Notes: generated by a model from the sequence alone, not told the origin. A stretch of DNA of 64,000 nucleotides from a virus (IMGVR_UViG_3300020050_007888:7554-71553); one strand, 5' to 3'. Shown: positions 7,481 through 17,841, numbered from the stretch's first letter. Numbers and translations: made by a program.

Positions 7481-8375
7481 GAATATACTCATCACCGGTG
7501 GCTGTGGCTTTGTGGGCGGGCAGCTTGCAAGGTATTTTGCTAAGGATAACTACGTGACTGTAGTGGATGATTTACGGTATAAGAAGTTTATTCCTGAAAG
7601 ATTTCACCATTTGATGATACCGGAGAACTGCCGCCTTATAGACGGTCCTATGTGCCGCGCTCCGCTACATGATATTGATATTGTCATTCACGCGGCGACC
7701 GTCAACATCATCGACTCTATGACTAATCCAAAGGGGTGCATGGACGTGAACTGGTGGCAGAGCGTAGAACTCTTTGACAGGATCGGTTACGATACGCAGA
7801 TTGTCTACCTGAGCACAAGTAGTGTTTATGGCAACGCCACGGTGTACCCTACTCCCGAAGTGGACAGGGTGAACTGCACCAACTACTATTCGATTAGCAA
7901 GCACTTAGCCGAGATGTATTTGTTGCAACGCAGAAAGGATGCTTGTGTAGTGAGGTTAAGCAACGTCTACGGAGAAGGGCAGATGCCACATAATCCGTAT
8001 GCGGGAGTGATGAGTAAGCTGTTTCGGGCGAAGATCAGAAAGGAGTTATTTGTCCTCTATGGTGACGGGCAAACCACAAGGGATTATACCTATGTAGGTG
8101 ATGTGATTTCGGGCGTGGAGGCTGCTATAATTAAAGGCGTGAGAGGGGTGTATAACATTGGTACCGGAATAGAGACGACCACATCGGATTTGACATGGAT
8201 GATGGGTGTGGAAGTGGTGGTGTCAGAACCAAGAAGCATAGATAATATCCTGCGCCGGAGTATAGATGCTAAGAAGTTAATGATGGATACAGGGTGGAGC
8301 GTGAAGGTAGACTTGAAGGAAGGCTTACGCCGGCAGGAAGAATGGTTAATGGAGAATGGGATATTTGATAAATGA
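7461..8375 (+). CDS. NAD-dependent epimerase/dehydratase (extended SDR, NDP-sugar modifying)
   Basis: ILITGGCGFVG (GxxGxxG), YLSTSSVYG, YSISK (YxxxK), RLSNVYG and RDYTYVGDV. Confidence 0.93.
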   Translation: MEPIKDKNILITGGCGFVGGQLARYFAKDNYVTVVDDLRYKKFIPERFHHLMIPENCRLIDGPMCRAPLHDIDIVIHAATVNIIDSMTNPKGCMDVNWWQSVELFDRIGYDTQIVYLSTSSVYGNATVYPTPEVDRVNCTNYYSISKHLAEMYLLQRRKDACVVRLSNVYGEGQMPHNPYAGVMSKLFRAKIRKELFVLYGDGQTTRDYTYVGDVISGVEAAIIKGVRGVYNIGTGIETTTSDLTWMMGVEVVVSEPRSIDNILRRSIDAKKLMMDTGWSVKVDLKEGLRRQEEWLMENGIFDK

Positions 8376-8500
8376 GTTATTCGGGAATGCCGAACGACTG
8401 GACCGAAGTACATACAAAGAAACTATCAGCAAGTAAACTGACAAATAATTATTTTAGCCATGTTGAAAAAGTAGTTAAATTGGGGCATAGATTTGCATAA
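8372..8500 (+). CDS. Possible 42-aa ORF not in the track (MSYSGMPNDW...LGHRFA)
   Basis: ATG overlaps the epimerase stop (ATGA) and the frame stays open to TAA 8498-8500. Confidence 0.25.
   Translation: MSYSGMPNDWTEVHTKKLSASKLTNNYFSHVEKVVKLGHRFA
8462..8495 (+). promoter_or_regulatory. Probable promoter of the head operon
   Basis: TAGATTTG at 8488-8495 with TTG about 22 nt upstream; a second TAAATTTG lies at 8508-8515. Confidence 0.45.
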
Positions 8501-8522
8501 AACAACTTAAATTTGTCAATTC

Positions 8523-8978
8523 ATGGCACGATCACTCACCCTTACCCAACGCAAGTTCAATGGAATAGATAATGCTGCCAAGCAGGTAGGCATTATATCC
8601 GAAAGGGTACTCAGTATGGCTGCGGCCGAGTATGTAATAAACGGCAGCACCGTAACAGGAACGCTGCTCGAATATTCCACCGGAGACAACAGTTTGCCTG
8701 CTCAGATATTCGTAACGCAAACGGCGGCGAATATTCAGACATCTATCAATACTGCCAACACCAGTAACAACATTGATAGCATTACCGTTACAAAGAAAAA
8801 TTCTGACGGCACCACGCAAACGCTATACCTGCCACCAAGCAGAATCTACGCCTTTTACTCTCACCCTGACACCACCTTCGACTCATTATTGATGTACGAA
8901 GACGTGGCGTTAGATCAGGTGATAGCGATCAAGGCGGATCAGACTGTAGGTGCGCTTGTAGCTGCGCTGAATGCCTGA
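8523..8978 (+). CDS. Head-associated structural protein with an internal two-domain duplication
   Basis: Halves resemble each other (SLTLTQRK..LLEYS..TQTAANIQTSIN versus SITVTKK..LLMYE..DQTVGALVAALN). First gene of the head operon. Confidence 0.45.
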   Translation: MARSLTLTQRKFNGIDNAAKQVGIISERVLSMAAAEYVINGSTVTGTLLEYSTGDNSLPAQIFVTQTAANIQTSINTANTSNNIDSITVTKKNSDGTTQTLYLPPSRIYAFYSHPDTTFDSLLMYEDVALDQVIAIKADQTVGALVAALNA

Positions 8979-8992
8979 TAAAATACTAAACT

Positions 8993-10075
8993 ATGCAACA
9001 AGGTAGTACCACATTACAGCAAGGGGCTTCGGCTTCTCAAGACAGTATTACATTATCGCCGGAGGCTTCTGCTTCTCTTGGACTAACGCCATTTCATATA
9101 CCTGAGATGGGGGGCACTGAACCAGCCCCAGTACAACAAGAGGCTCAAGGCTCTGGCGAACCAGTTATACCCCAACAGTCCGGTTCTCCGGATGCTCCAC
9201 AGGCAACACCCGCGCCTACACCTACAGTACCCGACTTCAAGGCGATCTTTGGAGACGAGTACGACAACGAGGAAAAGGTAAAGGGGGTACTCAAGGAGTA
9301 CGGAGAATTAAAAGGCAAACTCACAGAATACGAGCAAAAGGTGGCCGATTTGGATCACGACAACGATTACATCAAGTCGCTCCGTACAGCTATTAAGAAT
9401 GGGCGTTCACAGGAATCTCATGATAAGGTCTACTACTCTGACCCTACCAAGATGACTCCTGCCGAGAAAGTAGCCTTACAGATGCAGTGGGATGACGGCA
9501 TAGATGCTGCGACAGCAAATAAACTCGTCAACTACAAGTATAAGTTAGGTGAACAACATGACGTGGATGATCCCGATGTGGATATGGCACGAACGCTCCT
9601 TGAAGTAGATGCGAAAAAGGCAGAGAAGTTCATTGAACAGCACCGGCAGAGAGAGTCTGCGCCGGTAGTCGATGATAGCCTACAGAAGCAGATACAGGCA
9701 TGGACACCAATTGTACCTTCTATTGCTTCTTCGGTAGCAGAGATCACGATCCCAGGCTCAGACTATAAACACAAGGTATCCTCCGACACCATCAAGGCGG
9801 TCGAGAAGTTCCTTGTAGATTTTGTCTCAGACGAAGGCGTGGAGGTGGATATTAACAATCCGCAGGCTAAAGAAGAATTACACCAGATAGCTCAGAAAGA
9901 GATATGGTGGAGAGAGAAGGAGAATATTATGAAGGCGATGCACACGGAATGGGAAAAGGCGGAGATCAGAAAGAAATCCGTAGTACCTCCACCTCAAGGC
10001 ACACAGCAGGTATCGCTCACCTCCGAACAGGAGAATGCGAAGATACTTGCTAAAGCACTCAGAGAGGGAGTTTAA
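8993..10075 (+). CDS. Putative capsid scaffolding protein
   Basis: Disordered Q/P/A-rich N-terminus and an acidic helical body, directly upstream of the major capsid gene. Confidence 0.6.
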   Translation: MQQGSTTLQQGASASQDSITLSPEASASLGLTPFHIPEMGGTEPAPVQQEAQGSGEPVIPQQSGSPDAPQATPAPTPTVPDFKAIFGDEYDNEEKVKGVLKEYGELKGKLTEYEQKVADLDHDNDYIKSLRTAIKNGRSQESHDKVYYSDPTKMTPAEKVALQMQWDDGIDAATANKLVNYKYKLGEQHDVDDPDVDMARTLLEVDAKKAEKFIEQHRQRESAPVVDDSLQKQIQAWTPIVPSIASSVAEITIPGSDYKHKVSSDTIKAVEKFLVDFVSDEGVEVDINNPQAKEELHQIAQKEIWWREKENIMKAMHTEWEKAEIRKKSVVPPPQGTQQVSLTSEQENAKILAKALREGV

Positions 10076-10097
10076 CCTCTAAACACACAACAATAAA

Positions 10098-11549
10098 ATG
10101 GCAAATGCTTCATCAGCGGTAGTAGAGTTACCATCGAGTAAACTTCTCTCTACCTTCAATATGTGGAAGCCCGATGTGGCTTCTGAATTATTCCCTGTTC
10201 TTGGAGATCAGGGATTGTCAACGTTCCGCAACCTGCGTAACTTAGGCATGGTGTTCCCTGTAACACAGGACGAAAGAACAACCTACTCTCAGGATTATAT
10301 TGCAAGCACGATTGCTACCGGCGGAGCTATCAGCACCGTATCGGCACCGGACGGAACGTATTCGTTCACGCTTGCATCTGTGAGTCCAAACAACTCCTTC
10401 TTAACATCGGCATCGACTACTCCGTATTCTTCGGCTACGTATTACAGTCCGGTTCAGTTGAATCAGCGTATTGCGTTTCCGACAACAACCCCAGGTGGTA
10501 TTCCTTTCACCGTGTATAACATCACAGGTGGCGGAACCAACGCGGTAACAGTATTTGTGAAGCAGGCTGACCTCACTCAGACTTTCACCCCTGGCGACTA
10601 CGCATCCGGCACAGAACTTATCATCCCTGGCAATGCTTGGGCTGAAGGTACCGATCAGCCTGATGGCGTTCAAACTAAGCCTTATGAGGATACCGAGTAT
10701 GCTCAGATCATCAAGACCACTTACAAAATAACTGGTACTCAGATGGTTAATGGTTTGTGGTTCAAGCCTATCTACGATTCAAGCGGCGGCATGATTGCCT
10801 ATGACGTTATCGGTCGTAAGGATGCAGAGTACATGCACGAACTGGCAATGTGTAACGCCCTGTTGTTTGAGCGTCCTACTACAAACGCAACCTTCGTTGG
10901 TTCAAACGTAGAGAACACAAAGACAACTGAAGGATTGGTACCCTACGCACAGCGTCGTGGTTTGACTCTTCCTTACACTACCGGCTCGTTCTCTCCTGCG
11001 ACTTTCGATCTGATTGACGCGTATCTGGATTCTCAGTTTGCACCGGAGTACCTTCAGTTCATGATGGGTATTGATCTGGACAACGAGAAGGATAATGCTA
11101 TGAAGCAGTATCTTCAGAACACTATGCAGGCTTACGAAGACAGCAAGACTGTAAGTGACCTGTTCAACAACAACCCAGGCTTGGCTATCGGAGTAAACTT
11201 CCGCTTGTTCAAGAAAGGATACCGTACTTACTGCATGACCCGCGTTCCTGAGTTCAGCCACGCGAAGACATGGGGTGTGAATGGTTACAACACCAAAGGA
11301 TTAGGTCTTGTGATTCCAATCGGTCAGCGTAAAGACCTCAAGAGTGGTAATCCTCTTCCTTACTTTGGAATGGGCTACCGTGAACTTGCAGGATACTCAC
11401 GTATGGCTGAGGTGTGGACAACATCAGGTGCCGGTAAGGACACTCCGAAGGTAGTCACCGGTGACTACTCTCAGATCAACCACCGTTCTCACATCATGGC
11501 TTGCCACGTTGGAGGAAATCAGATGGTAGTTCTGAACCGCACAGCATAA
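10098..11549 (+). CDS. Major capsid protein (HK97-like, Bacteroidota/crAss-like type)
   Basis: 483 aa; GNAWAEGTDQP...YAQIIKTTYKITGT...TTEGLVPY pattern, biased codon usage, position after the scaffold gene, and a following terminator. Confidence 0.8.
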   Translation: MANASSAVVELPSSKLLSTFNMWKPDVASELFPVLGDQGLSTFRNLRNLGMVFPVTQDERTTYSQDYIASTIATGGAISTVSAPDGTYSFTLASVSPNNSFLTSASTTPYSSATYYSPVQLNQRIAFPTTTPGGIPFTVYNITGGGTNAVTVFVKQADLTQTFTPGDYASGTELIIPGNAWAEGTDQPDGVQTKPYEDTEYAQIIKTTYKITGTQMVNGLWFKPIYDSSGGMIAYDVIGRKDAEYMHELAMCNALLFERPTTNATFVGSNVENTKTTEGLVPYAQRRGLTLPYTTGSFSPATFDLIDAYLDSQFAPEYLQFMMGIDLDNEKDNAMKQYLQNTMQAYEDSKTVSDLFNNNPGLAIGVNFRLFKKGYRTYCMTRVPEFSHAKTWGVNGYNTKGLGLVIPIGQRKDLKSGNPLPYFGMGYRELAGYSRMAEVWTTSGAGKDTPKVVTGDYSQINHRSHIMACHVGGNQMVVLNRTA

Positions 11550-11564
11550 TTGAATTGAAACCAA

Positions 11565-11598
11565 AAAGGGAGGGTACAGGTTGTACTCTCCCTTTATT
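11565..11598 (+). terminator. Intrinsic terminator after the capsid gene
   Basis: AAAGGGAGGGTACA-GGT-TGTACTCTCCCTTT stem followed by ATT. Confidence 0.75.
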
Positions 11599-11611
11599 AA
11601 ATAATCTAACT

Positions 11612-12577
11612 ATGCCACTATTAGTAGACGGGAAACCGTATGAGATGACTCTTGAGGAGCGCGAACGATTTTCAAGAGATATTATTTACCATGTTCCTTT
11701 GGATGTGGTAAGAGACGACCATAAGAATAAGAAACTGTCAGTCCCTACAGGATGGGGAATTGAGTGTCAATACGTTATGTTTGACCCAAAGACGAAGAAG
11801 CGACAACAGGTTGTGTATTACGAATCTTCGTTTTTTGATGATTCTCGCAAGCGCGATGTGTACGCACCAAGTCATTTTATCCTTCCTCCGACCGGACACT
11901 TAAAAGTGTATTCGGCAGAGGTGGAAAAGAATTGGTTTTTAATGAATCACCCAGGGAACTTCCAAAATCCGGTACGTAACCATGAATCGCGCCCGTATGC
12001 AAGGGTGCTCATTCAGTTTCATACCCATGACCCGAACGAGAAAGCCAAACGCCGTCAGGAGCGTACAGCGTATCTGTACAAGGTACTTGGATATGTGCAA
12101 TCGGGTCTTGCGACTTCGTGGAAGTATCACGAACTGGTCAATGCCTGTGAGGTATTGGTACAGGAAGCGGGTATGCGTTCATTGCCGTATGACCTGTTGA
12201 ACTATAAAGAATTTAATGAGGAAGAGCATGAGGTGTTAAGGGCAGCGTTGGCGGATGTTGCCTACAATGATGCCTTATGGGTTTATACAAGACTGATTGA
12301 GGGTAAGCATACGCGTATCGCGGAATACCTCAGATTGGTGAAGAATACCGATCAGACCGGCTTTGGCTATGACAATAAGAACCATAACTTCTTCTTCAGG
12401 GCTGAGGACGGAGAGAATGAGAAGGGCGAGAAGAAGTACAAGAAAGGTATCTTTATCAATGTTCCGGATAAGAAGGACCCTGATAAGTTCCTGTTCGATT
12501 GCTGCCTCACTACCCCAGGTTTCTTTGAGCGCATCATTCAAATCGTAGAAGAAAGCAAGCAGAAAGAATTAGCGTAG
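11612..12577 (+). CDS. Hypothetical phage protein downstream of the capsid gene
   Basis: Long ORF; ATG 11612 is preferred because the 11501 extension runs through the capsid terminator. Confidence 0.7.
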   Translation: MPLLVDGKPYEMTLEERERFSRDIIYHVPLDVVRDDHKNKKLSVPTGWGIECQYVMFDPKTKKRQQVVYYESSFFDDSRKRDVYAPSHFILPPTGHLKVYSAEVEKNWFLMNHPGNFQNPVRNHESRPYARVLIQFHTHDPNEKAKRRQERTAYLYKVLGYVQSGLATSWKYHELVNACEVLVQEAGMRSLPYDLLNYKEFNEEEHEVLRAALADVAYNDALWVYTRLIEGKHTRIAEYLRLVKNTDQTGFGYDNKNHNFFFRAEDGENEKGEKKYKKGIFINVPDKKDPDKFLFDCCLTTPGFFERIIQIVEESKQKELA

Positions 12578-12660
12578 TGGGGCGTGTCTCTTGGTAACGA
12601 AGACAGGGGTTCTAATATTGCCCTTCGTAACCCCACCACATTATTTCGTTCTCCTCCCAC

Positions 12661-12690
12661 CCCCGACTCCTCATCGGGGGCTTTTTATTT
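12661..12690 (+). terminator. Intrinsic terminator
   Basis: CCCCGA-CTCCTCA-TCGGGG hairpin followed by GCTTTTTATTT. Confidence 0.7.
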
Positions 12691-12751
12691 TCACCCCCTT
12701 AAAGAATTGATATAATGAAGTATTATTTTTACAAGGCAAATTTCAACTATA

Positions 12752-14341
12752 ATGGCACTTACTACGGTATCCACTCAGCTAACGCTGAACAATATAACAC
12801 AACAGATTGTAGTACTTGACACGACGGATTATGCCGGACAAGGGGTGCTACTTGACGGATCACAAACAGTTCTTGGCTATATTACTGTCACCGTTGAGAG
12901 CGCAACCGGCACTTCGACAATATATTCTAATGGTACAGATAGCGTTACGCCGGATATTAATGCGGTAGTCTCTCTTTACAATACTATTCCAATTACCCTT
13001 CCAAGAGATACAGATGGCAATATTTTAGCAGGGAACTATACCATTACTTACAGCGTGGTAGTAGATGCAGGAACGCCGGTAGTAGCATCTCAGAGTTTTG
13101 TTTATGATATGGAGATGCCGGAAGTATGCTTGTCCGTAACTATCAACTGCGGATCATCCATTGTTACTTCCTACGATGAGACCGACTATGGCACCTACGC
13201 TACGGTAATAAGCAGGGTTCATACGCTGTATCCTCCACCATCATCTCCGCTGAGTAATACGGTAGGTACTACAGCAATTTTAACAGCCGGTCCAAATATC
13301 TATGATAATACATGGACACAAGGTGTTGCAACAACTGTTACATATACTTTTCCCAACGGGCTTTTAGCGGTACTTCTGATCGAAGGAACGCGGGAATTTG
13401 AAGTGGTCTGCGATCTTGGACTGAGTAAACTTCTGTGCTGCATCGACAAGCTCGGAGATAAAGCAAAACGTCTCGACTGCACCAATATAGCACAGGCGAG
13501 TATCTTCTTTCAGGATACGTGGGGTCCAACCCTTGCAGCAATGACTAAGTACTTGGCTGCAATCTCAAGTGGCACAAGTGCATTGGCTGACAAGTATTAC
13601 GCAGAGATCATCACCGTATCAGGATGTGGTGACGACTGCGGATGCTCTGACGACAGCCCACAGCAGATCGTTCCGGCGGTAGGTAACGGCTCCACAACGA
13701 TAGTAGAGAGTCCCGATGGAAGCATCACGGTGGTTCCGGTAGTAGTGGGGTCAACAGTTACATATCAGATTCAGGTAAGTTCTGCCATTCAGAATCTTAT
13801 CAATACGTTTTACAATGTGACTATCACCACGACTACTCCTTCTGACATTCAAATTATTCAGAGTGGTGTTGTTCCAAACCGCAACTATGAGATCAACTTT
13901 CTTGGAGGATCAAGTGCGATCAACCACCAAAGTTCACGCCTTGTCATTGACGGGTCTTCCTTAGCCGGAAACTACTTAGATTTAACTGTAACAAGTCAGA
14001 TTAATACCGGTACTTTGATAGGTAACTTTGCCTCTCAAACTTATTTACTTGGACAGAACGTTCCAAACGTAATAGGTGATTGGGCCATCATTAAGATCAA
14101 CGGAGTTCTTGCAACGGGCACTACTCCGCTGAATATTACGGCTCAAATCAATAAAACAAATTCTTCGCTCAGTTACACCAATCAGAACAACTTAGATTGC
14201 AGGCTACTTTATGTAGATAACACTACAGGAGAGATAACACTTATACTGTACAACCCATTAACTGGTAGTTCATATCGTCTTGGAGACCTCACAGCAGGTA
14301 CATGGGACTTAATTCACATTTCATTTAACGTATTCGCATAA
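12752..14341 (+). CDS. Virion structural protein (Thr/Ser/Val-rich beta domains, central Cys cluster)
   Basis: Beta-rich composition and LLCCID...GCGDDCGCSDD; first gene of the tail block. Confidence 0.6.
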   Translation: MALTTVSTQLTLNNITQQIVVLDTTDYAGQGVLLDGSQTVLGYITVTVESATGTSTIYSNGTDSVTPDINAVVSLYNTIPITLPRDTDGNILAGNYTITYSVVVDAGTPVVASQSFVYDMEMPEVCLSVTINCGSSIVTSYDETDYGTYATVISRVHTLYPPPSSPLSNTVGTTAILTAGPNIYDNTWTQGVATTVTYTFPNGLLAVLLIEGTREFEVVCDLGLSKLLCCIDKLGDKAKRLDCTNIAQASIFFQDTWGPTLAAMTKYLAAISSGTSALADKYYAEIITVSGCGDDCGCSDDSPQQIVPAVGNGSTTIVESPDGSITVVPVVVGSTVTYQIQVSSAIQNLINTFYNVTITTTTPSDIQIIQSGVVPNRNYEINFLGGSSAINHQSSRLVIDGSSLAGNYLDLTVTSQINTGTLIGNFASQTYLLGQNVPNVIGDWAIIKINGVLATGTTPLNITAQINKTNSSLSYTNQNNLDCRLLYVDNTTGEITLILYNPLTGSSYRLGDLTAGTWDLIHISFNVFA

Positions 14342-17034
14342 TGGCAAAAGGCATTCAAGATTTAGGTGACAACTTAGGTTATCTATATAAAACACTTCCC
14401 GATGGTGTTACCATCCTCACTACCGAGCGCAATACGCAGGACGGCGCAAGGGCAATGCGAGTCAATGGACTTGTCAACGCTCCTCTTGCAGCAAGCAGAA
14501 GTGCGGTTGGAACCATTACCGTAACAAGTAGTGGAGGTGCGGGGGCGATCACAGCGATCAATATTGCAGCGGTCAATCAGATTGGCGCAAATATCAATGT
14601 GGTGTCAGCGGTAACATCGGTAGTGGCAGCTCAGATTGCAGCAGCGATCAATGCCTTTACTCCTGGTAGCGGTGACAACTACACAGCGCAAGCGGTAGGT
14701 GCGGTAGTGTATGTGTTCAGTTCCCCTGGGGCTGGTAGCGCAAGCAACGGACTCACCATAACCGTATCTGTAACCGATCCAAGTATCGTGACTACAACTA
14801 CTAACTTCACCAACGGAAGTAGTGAAGCGGGAGTGTACGACTCACAGATGGGATACCGGTACTGGATTGATGCAGATTACGGGTCTGAAGGAACGCCAGG
14901 GGCGGGAACAGCAACACCAACAGTCTTAACCTACGCTCTTGAGATCACCGAGTATATGACCATGCGTGGCTTCCAAACGGGAGTTGGCACGTTATCACTT
15001 ACCGTAGCTACAGATGCTCTGACAACTGTGGAAAGGTTTTGTGCGATCACTCAGATCGTAACTACGAATCAGGGAGGTGCGGGTACAGATAACTTAGAGT
15101 ATATCAACCCTACTAAGTTTGTAGAGGGCGATATTGTATTTATAAGAAGCACCTCTGCTTCTCAGGTATTAACGGTCATTGACGCTGCAAATGCGACTGT
15201 GGCAAGCAATCCGAATATCTACTTGACGGATGAAAACAGTTTCATCATTCAGCGAAACAAGGTATTGATGCTTCGCTATACTTTTGACAATACGCTTGGT
15301 GGAATATTCGTGGAGATGTCAAGGAGTTTTACAGGAGGAATCGTTTCACTTACAAGAGCTTCTTTGCTTACGTTGATTAGCAGCAATAGCATTGATATAG
15401 ACCAAACATATTACGTAACAGACGTGGGTGCGGATGGTATTTTACTTACAGGCGTGGAGTCAGATCAGGTGTCTTCTATGGCATATTTAATTGCGATCAA
15501 TCCCGACTATCAAGATGTTTCAGGTGATTACGGTGGAACATGGTATGCCGGAATGGGTGTGCCAACTATCAATAAGCTATATGCCTACAACGGCATCATG
15601 TATAACAGCGATACCGCAGCGGTAGGCACGGCTCCCGATGGTGATACTGTCAACTGGACAGCGATAGCATTGACAGACCCACGCTATGTAAGAGAAGTGG
15701 ATTATATCGGATATGATTTAGCGAACAACTTTATCAACTACAGAGAGGATAAAAGGGGGAATAAGGTGAGTCAGTCGTATCAGGGATTCTTGGTTATAGG
15801 AGCTAATGCTATAAATGAGTTTCAGTGGGGTAACGACAAATGTTATAACAATACTGTTACCAACGCTCTTGCTGTTTGCGCTAATCAGGCGAATGAGTTT
15901 TATGGAAACACCATTGTTAATGGTGGAGGATGGGCTTCAGAAACAACAACGTCAATGGTTGTAAGCAATAATTATTTTAATAATTCTATAAGCTCCGGAG
16001 ACACCTACACTAACTTTAAGGATAACGTGTTGAATTACGTTTCCATGTCTGGAAATACCGGAACTAATTTCACAAATAACACTCTTGATGGTTGTACAAT
16101 TACAAACAATACAACTACTAATATCACTTATTGCACAGGATATGTTTCGATAACAAGTAACACAGGATGTACGATAGCCACAAACTCAGGTGCTAAAAAC
16201 TGGGTGGGTGTAACGATCAATAACTTAATTGATGCTAATGCAGATTGCAGTATTTCCGGCAATAACTTTGAGATGGGTACTATCAATAACAACGATGGTA
16301 TTACAGTAGCCTATAACAAGGTATTAAACGGGTACATTCAAAACTGTGTAAACAACAATTACCCCGCATTGCCGGCTGCAAGCTGCTTGATTTCTCAGAT
16401 AGAAATTAAGAACGAAGCAAAAATTGACAGCATTTCATGGAACACAGCAGGTAGTATTCAAAGAGGTGTAATCAGCGGTAACTATGGACAGATTGTCGAT
16501 GTACTGTTTGACAGTTCTGTTGCTATTGCCACGGTATCTGCAACGCAAACAGGAATAGATCAGTTTGATCTTGATGGACTGACGATTGATGGTAACGGCA
16601 CTGCACTGAGCTTCCAGACAAATACCACATCAGGCTTTGGTTCTCAATACGGATATGTAAGCATTAACAACAATCAAAGTGCGGCATGGGGCTTTTTAAA
16701 TATGGCTTCGGCAAGTATTTTTGCTGCGGGAGTGCTAACAATTCCAATTGAAAACAGTCATGCGGGCATATTGTACTTATACAACTGCGCAGGTCAAAAT
16801 GTGACAGAGATCATAGTTAATGCCAACATCAAAAATTTAAAGAAGTTTCCGATCACATTCAGGTGGATACACGGGGCGGGTACTGTAACCTTTACTCCGA
16901 ATGCTCGCCCATTGGCGGGTAACGAGTTTGGTTCTGATGCCGGAGCCGAGGTGCTTACTGCATTAGGTGACAGTTACACCTTAGAGTTTATCGGAGGCAA
17001 CTTCTATAAGAAATACAGTTCAATCATCTTGTAA
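14341..17034 (+). CDS. Tail fibre/spike-like protein with a probable beta-helix region
   Basis: 897 aa with Asn/Thr/Gly-rich repetitive strands (FKDNVL, FTNNTL, ISGNNF); lies in the tail operon. Confidence 0.65.
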   Translation: MAKGIQDLGDNLGYLYKTLPDGVTILTTERNTQDGARAMRVNGLVNAPLAASRSAVGTITVTSSGGAGAITAINIAAVNQIGANINVVSAVTSVVAAQIAAAINAFTPGSGDNYTAQAVGAVVYVFSSPGAGSASNGLTITVSVTDPSIVTTTTNFTNGSSEAGVYDSQMGYRYWIDADYGSEGTPGAGTATPTVLTYALEITEYMTMRGFQTGVGTLSLTVATDALTTVERFCAITQIVTTNQGGAGTDNLEYINPTKFVEGDIVFIRSTSASQVLTVIDAANATVASNPNIYLTDENSFIIQRNKVLMLRYTFDNTLGGIFVEMSRSFTGGIVSLTRASLLTLISSNSIDIDQTYYVTDVGADGILLTGVESDQVSSMAYLIAINPDYQDVSGDYGGTWYAGMGVPTINKLYAYNGIMYNSDTAAVGTAPDGDTVNWTAIALTDPRYVREVDYIGYDLANNFINYREDKRGNKVSQSYQGFLVIGANAINEFQWGNDKCYNNTVTNALAVCANQANEFYGNTIVNGGGWASETTTSMVVSNNYFNNSISSGDTYTNFKDNVLNYVSMSGNTGTNFTNNTLDGCTITNNTTTNITYCTGYVSITSNTGCTIATNSGAKNWVGVTINNLIDANADCSISGNNFEMGTINNNDGITVAYNKVLNGYIQNCVNNNYPALPAASCLISQIEIKNEAKIDSISWNTAGSIQRGVISGNYGQIVDVLFDSSVAIATVSATQTGIDQFDLDGLTIDGNGTALSFQTNTTSGFGSQYGYVSINNNQSAAWGFLNMASASIFAAGVLTIPIENSHAGILYLYNCAGQNVTEIIVNANIKNLKKFPITFRWIHGAGTVTFTPNARPLAGNEFGSDAGAEVLTALGDSYTLEFIGGNFYKKYSSIIL

Positions 17035-17840
17035 TGATAAACGTCAATGAGGTCAAACAATATGCGGAGTTCCTTGCGAGGAAGAATCAAAGCGGGGGTG
17101 CTTTTACTCCTGTTCAGTTTAATCTTGCTATTCCCTTTGTTGTTCGTGATATTGTCAGAAAATATTATGGCGTACCTGAGCAGTATAGCCCGCAGATGCC
17201 GCAGGGTCAGATCGGGTATGAAGTGACTCAACTTGTCAAAGACTATTTGAGCAACTTGCGTCCGACTGTAACCCTTACAATAGACAGTACCGGTTACGCT
17301 CCTCTACCATCCGACTACCTTCACAAAACTTCGTGCAGGTACCGTATCAGCACTACAACTAAGGTGGATAAACTATTACTTCCAACGGGAGATGATGACT
17401 GCGCTTGTGATGACGACAGCGACAACCCCACTATTCAACTTGGGAAGGATGCTGTTACCAACTTAAAGACAACAGACCGCTGGGTACCGGTGCAGATACT
17501 TACCGACACTCAGTTTGATTGGGCGGCAGCAAGCTCCATGAGGGAGCCAACAAAAGACTTTCCGATAGCAAGGATGGAGTCATCACTTAGAATGAGATTC
17601 CTGCCAACTGATTTAGGTCAGGTGGAGTTGAGCTATATCCGCTATCCGGCACGTCCTGTATGGGGATATACCACAGCGGGAGGCTTTGATACGTATGATT
17701 CCAATACAAGTACAAACATTGAACTACCTGAAATTTGCGCTACCGAGATAGTGTTAATGCTTCTCAATAAGATTGGCATAAGTATCAGGGAGCCACAGTT
17801 AATAAACTACGCAGACCGTCAGCGACAGGCGGGTTCATGA
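17034..17840 (+). CDS. Putative tail adaptor/ring protein
   Basis: YAPLPSDYLH...VELSYIRYPARPVWGY...NIELPE pattern of podoviral tubular proteins; lies upstream of the nozzle gene. Confidence 0.6.
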   Translation: MINVNEVKQYAEFLARKNQSGGAFTPVQFNLAIPFVVRDIVRKYYGVPEQYSPQMPQGQIGYEVTQLVKDYLSNLRPTVTLTIDSTGYAPLPSDYLHKTSCRYRISTTTKVDKLLLPTGDDDCACDDDSDNPTIQLGKDAVTNLKTTDRWVPVQILTDTQFDWAAASSMREPTKDFPIARMESSLRMRFLPTDLGQVELSYIRYPARPVWGYTTAGGFDTYDSNTSTNIELPEICATEIVLMLLNKIGISIREPQLINYADRQRQAGS

Positions 17841-17841
17841 T

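Noticed and set aside
11501-11611. N-terminal extension of the post-capsid ORF given in the track
   Set aside because: It overlaps the capsid 3' end and runs through the terminator; ATG 11612 has a typical leader.
12577-12638. Canonical tRNA or tmRNA gene
   Set aside because: Only about 62 nt, with no 7-bp acceptor stem in register with CCA and no anticodon arm or TTCRA loop. Kept only as a structured element.
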